DNA of 64,000 nt. Origin: an uncultured Collinsella sp. GTDB lineage: Bacteria; Actinomycetota; Coriobacteriia; Coriobacteriales; Coriobacteriaceae. The stretch covers positions 2,460-66,459 of the forward strand of contig CATWID010000007.1 in assembly GCA_958350755.1 (NCBI GenBank), in the 5' to 3' direction. The position numbers and the translations under genes are program-made. The notes beneath the pieces were generated by a model that saw only the letters and a program-made list of their open reading frames with translations, was not told the origin of the DNA and did no database searches. Positions 56,623 to 64,000 of this stretch are shown piece by piece. Within the stretch, counting starts at the first letter, position 1; each line of letters opens with the position of its first letter.

Positions 56623-57924
56623 GTGTTGAACATCACCGCTTCTGACGTCAAGGACGCCAAGCTCACCGCTACGGTCACCATCCCGGCCGCCGACGTCGAC
56701 GCCGCGATCAAGAAGGCCTACAAGGACACCGCCAAGAAGTACCGCTTCCCGGGCTTCCGCGCCGGCAAGGCTCCCCGTCCGGTCATCGACTCCGCCCTGG
56801 GCGCCGAGGCTACCCTCGCTCAGGCGACCAACGACTTGATCGCCGCCAACGAGCCCGCCGTCCTCAACGAGCTGGACATCGTCCCCACCAAGAACGGTGA
56901 CTACAAGGAGCTCGACCTCGCCAAGGATCACGAGGACTACACCTATACCGTCGAGTTCTCCCTGCGTCCCGCCGCTGAGCTCTCCTCCTACGACGCCGTC
57001 GAGATCGAGATGCCTCCCGCTGAGGTCACCGAGTCCGAGATCAACAACCAGGTTGAGATGCTCCTCAACTACCGCGCTACCTTCGAGGACGTCGAGGGCC
57101 GCGCTGTCGAGGCTGACGACTACGTGACCGTCGACCTCAAGGCCGTCGAGAACGCCGACAACTTCGCCGCCGAGGGCCGCATGCTCATCGCCGGCAGCGA
57201 CAGCAACCCCGCCGAGCTCAACGAGGCCCTGATCGGTGCCAACGTTGACGACGTCAAGACCGTCACCTGGACCGACGAGGCTGAGGAGGGCGAGGAGGCC
57301 GAGACCCATACCGTCGAGGTCACCGTCAAGGGCATCAAGGTCCGCAACACCCCCGAGCTCACCGACGAGCTCGTCAAGTCCGACTTTGGCTTCGACAGCA
57401 TCGACGCCATGCGCGACGCCATCAAGCTCGAGATCGAGCAGGACAAGGCTTCCCGCCTGCCAGCCGAGAAGGAGAACCGTTGCGTCTCCGCTCTCGCCGA
57501 GCGTCTGCAGCTCGACGAGATGGACGCCGACTACGAGCAGTCCGTCTTTGAGGAGCTCGGCCAGAACTTCCTGTCTAACCTCGCTGCCCGCGGCATGACG
57601 CTGGACACCTGGTTGCCCGCATCCGGCCTGACCATGGAGCAGTTCGTCGGCGATCTGCACAAGCAGGCCAACGACGTTGCCCGTGAGTCCCTGGCGCTCG
57701 ACGCTCTCGCCCGTGAGCTCAAGATCGAGGTCACCGAGGACGACATCAACGCCGAGTTCGAGAAGGCCGGCGTCAAGGACGTCGAGGCTTCCAAGGCCGA
57801 GTTCATTGCCGATGGCCGCATGCCTGCCGTCCGTGAGTCCATCCGTCGCTCCAAGGCCGTCGATCACCTGGTCGAGAACGCCAAGGTGACCGAGGTCGAC
57901 GAGACCGCCAAGGACGCCGAGTAA
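56623..57924 (+). CDS. tig: Trigger factor
   Basis: PGFRAGKAP ribosome-binding motif; upstream of clpP-clpX. Confidence 0.95.
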   Translation: MLNITASDVKDAKLTATVTIPAADVDAAIKKAYKDTAKKYRFPGFRAGKAPRPVIDSALGAEATLAQATNDLIAANEPAVLNELDIVPTKNGDYKELDLAKDHEDYTYTVEFSLRPAAELSSYDAVEIEMPPAEVTESEINNQVEMLLNYRATFEDVEGRAVEADDYVTVDLKAVENADNFAAEGRMLIAGSDSNPAELNEALIGANVDDVKTVTWTDEAEEGEEAETHTVEVTVKGIKVRNTPELTDELVKSDFGFDSIDAMRDAIKLEIEQDKASRLPAEKENRCVSALAERLQLDEMDADYEQSVFEELGQNFLSNLAARGMTLDTWLPASGLTMEQFVGDLHKQANDVARESLALDALARELKIEVTEDDINAEFEKAGVKDVEASKAEFIADGRMPAVRESIRRSKAVDHLVENAKVTEVDETAKDAE

Positions 57925-58086
57925 TTCTCGCCACCTTTCCCGCGAGCGCATGGATGCGCCCGTGATGGGGTAAAGTTATAAGCCGGTTATCCGGTTGCTT
58001 CGTACGGTGCCAGCCAATGCATAGCATGCGGGCACCGTACGTTTGTCTAGAACCATTATTGGTCCGTAAGAGAAATGGAGATGCGT

Positions 58087-58707
58087 ATGATCGCTAAGTT
58101 CGATTCCGCCCTTGTGCCATACGTTATCGAGCAGACGCCGCGCGGTGAGCGTAGCTACGATATATATTCGCGCCTGCTCAACGACCGCATCATCTTCTTG
58201 GGCGAGGAGATCAACTCCGTCAGCGCCAACCTGGTCGTTGCCCAGCTGCTGCATCTTGAGAGCCAGGATGCCGAGAAGGATATCTCGCTCTACATCAATT
58301 CGCCCGGTGGCGAGGTCTACTCCGGTCTGGCGATTCTGGATACCATGAACTTTATTAAGCCGCAGGTTTCCACCATCTGCGTCGGTATGGCCGCGTCTAT
58401 GGCCGCCGTGCTGCTTTCGGCCGGCGCCAAGGGCAAGCGCTTCTGCCTGCCGCACTCCAAGGTCATGATTCACCAGCCCAGCGGCGGTGCCCAGGGCCAG
58501 CAGACCGAGATCGAGATCGTGGCCGAGGAGATCAAGAAGACCCGTCGCGAGCTCAACCAGATCCTGTCCGACGCCTCGGGCCAGCCCATCGAGAAAGTCC
58601 AGGCCGATACCGAGCGCGACAACTACCTGACCGCTGCCGAGGCCCTCGACTACGGCCTGATCGATCGTATCGTCACCTCGCGCGATCTCGCCGCGAAGGA
58701 CGCCTAG
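58087..58707 (+). CDS. clpP: ATP-dependent Clp protease proteolytic subunit
   Basis: [25 protein letters not shown] and ERD motifs. Confidence 0.96.
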   Translation: MIAKFDSALVPYVIEQTPRGERSYDIYSRLLNDRIIFLGEEINSVSANLVVAQLLHLESQDAEKDISLYINSPGGEVYSGLAILDTMNFIKPQVSTICVGMAASMAAVLLSAGAKGKRFCLPHSKVMIHQPSGGAQGQQTEIEIVAEEIKKTRRELNQILSDASGQPIEKVQADTERDNYLTAAEALDYGLIDRIVTSRDLAAKDA

Positions 58708-58708
58708 G

Positions 58709-60121
<1,413 letters not shown>

Positions 60122-60169
60122 ATAGCTTGAATCCAGGTCCCGCGGCAACCACCGCGGGACCTGCCTTTT

Positions 60170-60257
60170 AGGGACAGGTTTATTTTGGTCGGTTTTTATA
60201 TGGGCAAACGTCATTTTCCCTGATAAAACCTGCCAAAATAAACCTGTCCCTTTTTGG
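60170..60257. repeat. GGGACAGG inverted-repeat element, copy 2
   Basis: agggacaggtttattttgg / ccaaaataaacctgtccct arms. Confidence 0.85.
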
Positions 60258-60326
60258 TAGGTATGCCTGTGCTATTCTGTGAGATTGTTTAGCTAGTACC
60301 TTCAGACTGAAGTAAACGATACCTAA

Positions 60327-60439
60327 GGCGTGTCCGCCTGCTTGGTTTTCGTAGATTCCGCACGAGCCGAAGAGCACTAAATGTGCTCTTCGTGCGAGTC
60401 AGGACTTGACCGAGCGAAAACCAAGCAGGCGGACACGCC
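60327..60439 (+). repeat. Structured repeat family C, copy 2
   Basis: 25-bp perfect outer stem (60327-60351 with 60415-60439) and conserved core. Confidence 0.88.
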
Positions 60440-60459
60440 GACGGGCAAGGGAGAGATAT

Positions 60460-63156
60460 ATGGAAGAAATGCCCAAGAACTACGATCCGTCGACCAACGA
60501 GCCGGCGATCCTGCAGAAGTGGCTTGACGGCGGCTACTACAAGCGCCGTGAGGGCGTGGGCGACTGCACCGTCACCATTCCGCCTCCCAACGTGACCGGC
60601 AAGCTCCACATGGGTCATGCCACCGACGACTCCATCCAGGACGCCATCATCCGTATGGCCCGCATGCGCGGCAAGTCCACGCGCTGGGTGCTCGGTACCG
60701 ACCACGCCGGTATCGCCACGCAGACCAAGGTCGACAAGAAGCTCAAGAGCGAGGGCATCAGCCGCCTGGAGATTGGCCGCGACAAGTTTGTCGACGCCTG
60801 CTGGGACTGGACCCACGAGTACGGCGGCATCATCGTCGAGCAGATCAAGCGCATGGGCTGCTCCGTCGACTTCGACAACGAGCGCTTCACCATGGACGAG
60901 GACTATGCCCAGGCCGTGCGTAAGGTCTTCTGCGACTGGTACCACGACGGCCTGATCTATCGTGGCAAGCGCATCGTCAACTGGTGCCCCAACTGCACCA
61001 CCGCTATCTCGGACGACGAGGCCGAGTACAAGGACGAGAAGGGCCACCTGTGGCACCTGCGCTACCCGCTGACCGAGCCGGTCAACGGCCAGGACTACAT
61101 CGTCGTCGCCACCACGCGCCCTGAGACCATGCTTGGTGACACGGGCGTCGCCGTCTCCCCGAAGGATCCCGAGAAGGCCGCCTTCGTGGGTAAGACCGTT
61201 AAGCTCCCCATCGTCGACCGTGAGATTCCTATCTTTGAGGATTGGCATGTCGACGCCAACTTTGGCTCCGGCTTCGTCAAGGTCACCCCTGCCCACGACC
61301 CCAACGACTACGCCATGGGTCAGGCTCACGACCTGCCGCAGATCAACATCTTCGACGAGCACGCGGTGGTCGTCGAGGGCTACGGCGAGTTTACCGGCAT
61401 GAACCGCGACGAGTGCCGCGAGGCCGTCATCAAGTGGTTCGACGAGCACGGCCTGCTCGATCACGTCGAGGACCACGACCACTCCGTCATGCACTGCTAC
61501 CGTTGCGACGCCGCGCTTGAGCCGTGGCTGTCCGAGCAGTGGTTTGTGGCCGTCGATAAGCTCAAGGGGCCGGCGCTGGACGCCGTCAACTCGGGCAAGG
61601 TCACCTTCCATCCCGCGCGCTGGACGCAGACCTACACCACCTGGATGGAGAACCTCAAGGACTGGTGCATCAGCCGCCAGCTGTGGTGGGGCCACCGCAT
61701 CCCCGTGTTCTATTGCGAGGACTGTGGCTGGGAGGACGCCCTCACCGAGGACACCGATGTGTGCCCCAAGTGTGGCGGCCATCACGTGCATCAGGACGAG
61801 AACGTGCTGGACACCTGGTTCAGCTCGCAGCTGTGGACCTTCGCCACGCAGGGCTGGCCGCAAAAGCCGGAGCTGCTCGAGGGCCATCACCCCACGACGG
61901 CGCTGGTCACCGCACGCGACATCATCGCGCTGTGGGTCGCCCGCATGGTCATGAGCTCGCTGTACTTCCTGGACGAAGTGCCGTTTAAGGACGTCGTCAT
62001 CTACCCGACGATCCTGGCCAAGGACGGCAGCCGCATGTCCAAGTCTAAGGGCAACGGCGTTGACCCCATGGACCTCATTGGCATGTACGGCGCCGACGCC
62101 ATGCGCTTCAACTTGCTCACGCTGTGCACCAACAACCAGGATGTCAAGTTCGACGCGAACATCGACAAGAAGACCAAGAAGCTCATCGACAGCCCGCGCA
62201 CCGAGCAGGCCAAGAGCTTTGTGACCAAGATCTGGAACGCCAGCCGCTTCCTGCTTATGAACATGGAAGGCTACACGCCCGGCGAACCCGTCGTGGAGAC
62301 GCCGGCCGACGCCTGGATGTTCAGCCGCCTTGCCAAGGCCGTGAAGATGGTCACCGAGGGTATTGAGAACTACACCTTTGGCGACATGGCCCGCGGCGTG
62401 CAGCAGTTCTTCTGGAACGAGGTCTGCGACTGGTATGTCGAGGTCACCAAGGCTCGCCTGAAGGGCGAGGGCCGTTTGCAGGCGCAGCGCAACCTGATCT
62501 TTGTGCTCGACACCTCCATTCGTCTGATGCACCCGCTCATGCCGTTCGTGACCGAGGAGATCTGGGACAACATGCCGGCGAGCGTGCTCGATCTGGACGC
62601 CGAGGGCAACGTGGACCGCGCCGAGGCGCTCATGATCGCCAAGTGGCCCGAGCCCGCCGACTATGCCAAGTATGTCGACGAGGACGCCGAGCGCGCGTTT
62701 GAGCTGTGCCGCGCCGTCGTTTCCGCCGCCCGCGCCACCCGTTCGCGTTATCGCTTGAGCCCCAAGGCCGAGCTCGACGTGGTCGTGCGCGCCGGCGCCG
62801 AGGACATCGAGAAGCTCGAGAGCCTGCGTTCGACCATTGAGCCGCTGGCCAACACCGCTTCGCTGGTCATGGGTACCGACGTTGAGAAGCCGGCCGCGAG
62901 CATCGCCGTGGTCGACAGCGGCGTTGAGGTCTTTGTGGTGCTCGAGGGCAAGGTTGACCTTTCGGCCGAGAAGGCACGCCTGGAGAAGGAGATCGCCGCG
63001 GCCCAGAAGGAGCTCGCCGGCTGCGAGAAGACGCTCGCCAACGAGGGCTTTGTGGCCAAGGCCGCGCCCGCGGTGGTCCAGAAGAAGAGGGACCGTGCAG
63101 CTGAGCTCAAGGAGATCCTGGCGGCGCTGACTGCTCAGGTTGCTGACTTCTCGTAG
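60460..63156 (+). CDS. valS: Valine--tRNA ligase
   Basis: PPPNVTGKLHMGH, ATTRPET, DWCISRQLWWGH, RMSKS and C-terminal coiled coil. Confidence 0.97.
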   Translation: MEEMPKNYDPSTNEPAILQKWLDGGYYKRREGVGDCTVTIPPPNVTGKLHMGHATDDSIQDAIIRMARMRGKSTRWVLGTDHAGIATQTKVDKKLKSEGISRLEIGRDKFVDACWDWTHEYGGIIVEQIKRMGCSVDFDNERFTMDEDYAQAVRKVFCDWYHDGLIYRGKRIVNWCPNCTTAISDDEAEYKDEKGHLWHLRYPLTEPVNGQDYIVVATTRPETMLGDTGVAVSPKDPEKAAFVGKTVKLPIVDREIPIFEDWHVDANFGSGFVKVTPAHDPNDYAMGQAHDLPQINIFDEHAVVVEGYGEFTGMNRDECREAVIKWFDEHGLLDHVEDHDHSVMHCYRCDAALEPWLSEQWFVAVDKLKGPALDAVNSGKVTFHPARWTQTYTTWMENLKDWCISRQLWWGHRIPVFYCEDCGWEDALTEDTDVCPKCGGHHVHQDENVLDTWFSSQLWTFATQGWPQKPELLEGHHPTTALVTARDIIALWVARMVMSSLYFLDEVPFKDVVIYPTILAKDGSRMSKSKGNGVDPMDLIGMYGADAMRFNLLTLCTNNQDVKFDANIDKKTKKLIDSPRTEQAKSFVTKIWNASRFLLMNMEGYTPGEPVVETPADAWMFSRLAKAVKMVTEGIENYTFGDMARGVQQFFWNEVCDWYVEVTKARLKGEGRLQAQRNLIFVLDTSIRLMHPLMPFVTEEIWDNMPASVLDLDAEGNVDRAEALMIAKWPEPADYAKYVDEDAERAFELCRAVVSAARATRSRYRLSPKAELDVVVRAGAEDIEKLESLRSTIEPLANTASLVMGTDVEKPAASIAVVDSGVEVFVVLEGKVDLSAEKARLEKEIAAAQKELAGCEKTLANEGFVAKAAPAVVQKKRDRAAELKEILAALTAQVADFS

Positions 63157-63171
63157 GCGTTACTGGGGGAC

Positions 63172-63279
63172 GCGGTTTGGGGCATTGCTCGCTACTGCGG
63201 ACAGTCCTGCTCGCACGAAGGCCACATTAAGTGGCCTTCGGCTCGTGCGGAACTTGTATCGAGCAATGCCCCAAACCGC
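63172..63279 (-). repeat. Structured repeat family C, copy 3 (inverted)
   Basis: 20-bp perfect outer stem; minus strand core ttccgcacgagccgaaggccacttaatgtggccttcgtgcgagcagga. Confidence 0.88.
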
Positions 63280-63430
63280 TCCCATGGCGGTTACGTGGTC
63301 GTCCGCTGCCTGGCAGGGCCACTGGGTTGTGCTCTTGATTTTGCTGCAAGCGGATAAAGGCTGATATTGTCAACGCGAGGGGCTCATTCTTTTTGGTGGG
63401 CCTCTTTTTCTGTAATTGGAGACTTGGGTT

Positions 63431-64000
63431 ATGGCTAAGCGTTCTGGGTCGTATTCTGTGCCGTTCTCGTTTGAGTTGCTTTCGTTTGGTGAGGCTGTGG
63501 GGCTGGCTGCTGATACGGGGCGGATTTCTGGGGATGCTGGGCCTCTGCTTGAGACGGTTGTCGATATGCTCGATGAGCTGGGACGTCCGGACGAGTATTT
63601 CGATTGCATTCAGGTTGCCGGTACCAATGGAAAGACTTCGACCACGCGTTTTTCGGCTGCCATCCTTCGTGGTGAGGGATTAAAGACCGCGCTGTATACG
63701 TCGCCGCAGCTGGTGCGCTATCCCGAGCGCATGGAGGTCGATGGGCGCGTTGTGAGCGACGAGGCCTTTGCCCGTGGCGTTTCTGCCGCCGTCGAGGCGG
63801 GGCATCGCGTGAATGCCCGTCGTGTGGCGGCGGGGGAGCGCGCCTATACCATCACGCCGTTTGATCTGCTGACGGCTGCCGCGCTGGTGGTGTTTGCCGA
63901 GGCCGCGGTGGACGTTGCCGTGCTCGAGGTTGGCATGGGCGGCCGTTGGGACGCCACGAGTGCGACCGATCCCGTCGCCGTTGCCATTACGGGCATCGGG
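63431..64000 (+). CDS. folC: Folylpolyglutamate/dihydrofolate synthase, partial (runs off the window)
   Basis: Manual translation gives QVAGTNGKTST, YTSPQL and LEVGMGGRWDAT; follows valS. Confidence 0.9.
   Translation, partial: MAKRSGSYSVPFSFELLSFGEAVGLAADTGRISGDAGPLLETVVDMLDELGRPDEYFDCIQVAGTNGKTSTTRFSAAILRGEGLKTALYTSPQLVRYPERMEVDGRVVSDEAFARGVSAAVEAGHRVNARRVAAGERAYTITPFDLLTAAALVVFAEAAVDVAVLEVGMGGRWDATSATDPVAVAITGIG

Noticed and set aside
60300..60459. T-box riboswitch upstream of valS
   Set aside because: No T-box consensus or specifier stem recognised; the structure is a dispersed repeat also found at unrelated loci

Overview
GC-rich chromosomal segment, most likely from a Coriobacteriia gut anaerobe such as Collinsella (inferred from composition and protein style, not verified). 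Most of it is housekeeping: thiD, thiC with a TPP riboswitch, polA, argG/argH, ndk, rpiB, rpsA, rnpB, metY, xpt, tig-clpP-clpX, valS, partial folC and four tRNAs. The centre (about 30.5-56.3 kb) is a molybdenum/selenium block: moeA-mog-modABC; then an operon of two double-cubane-cluster-type reductases, their ATP-dependent activase, a GT-B glycosyltransferase overlapping a UGA-recoded selD (Sec17), yedF, DUF3343 and a cysteine desulfurase-like enzyme; then brnQ, an FNT channel, selA-selB-selC, gdhA and a xanthine dehydrogenase-family Mo enzyme. The main findings are: (1) the reductase + glycosyltransferase + SelD operon as a candidate new selenium-utilising pathway; (2) an unannotated uORF in front of it with an in-frame UGA followed by a near copy of the motif that follows the selD UGA, a candidate Sec-sensing leader; (3) an unannotated leader peptide ending in CGA-CGA-CGA upstream of argG; (4) several families of structured intergenic repeats, including an alternating-orientation array with a 40-bp period. 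All calls come from reading the sequence and from recalled family motifs; no searches or folding programs were run.
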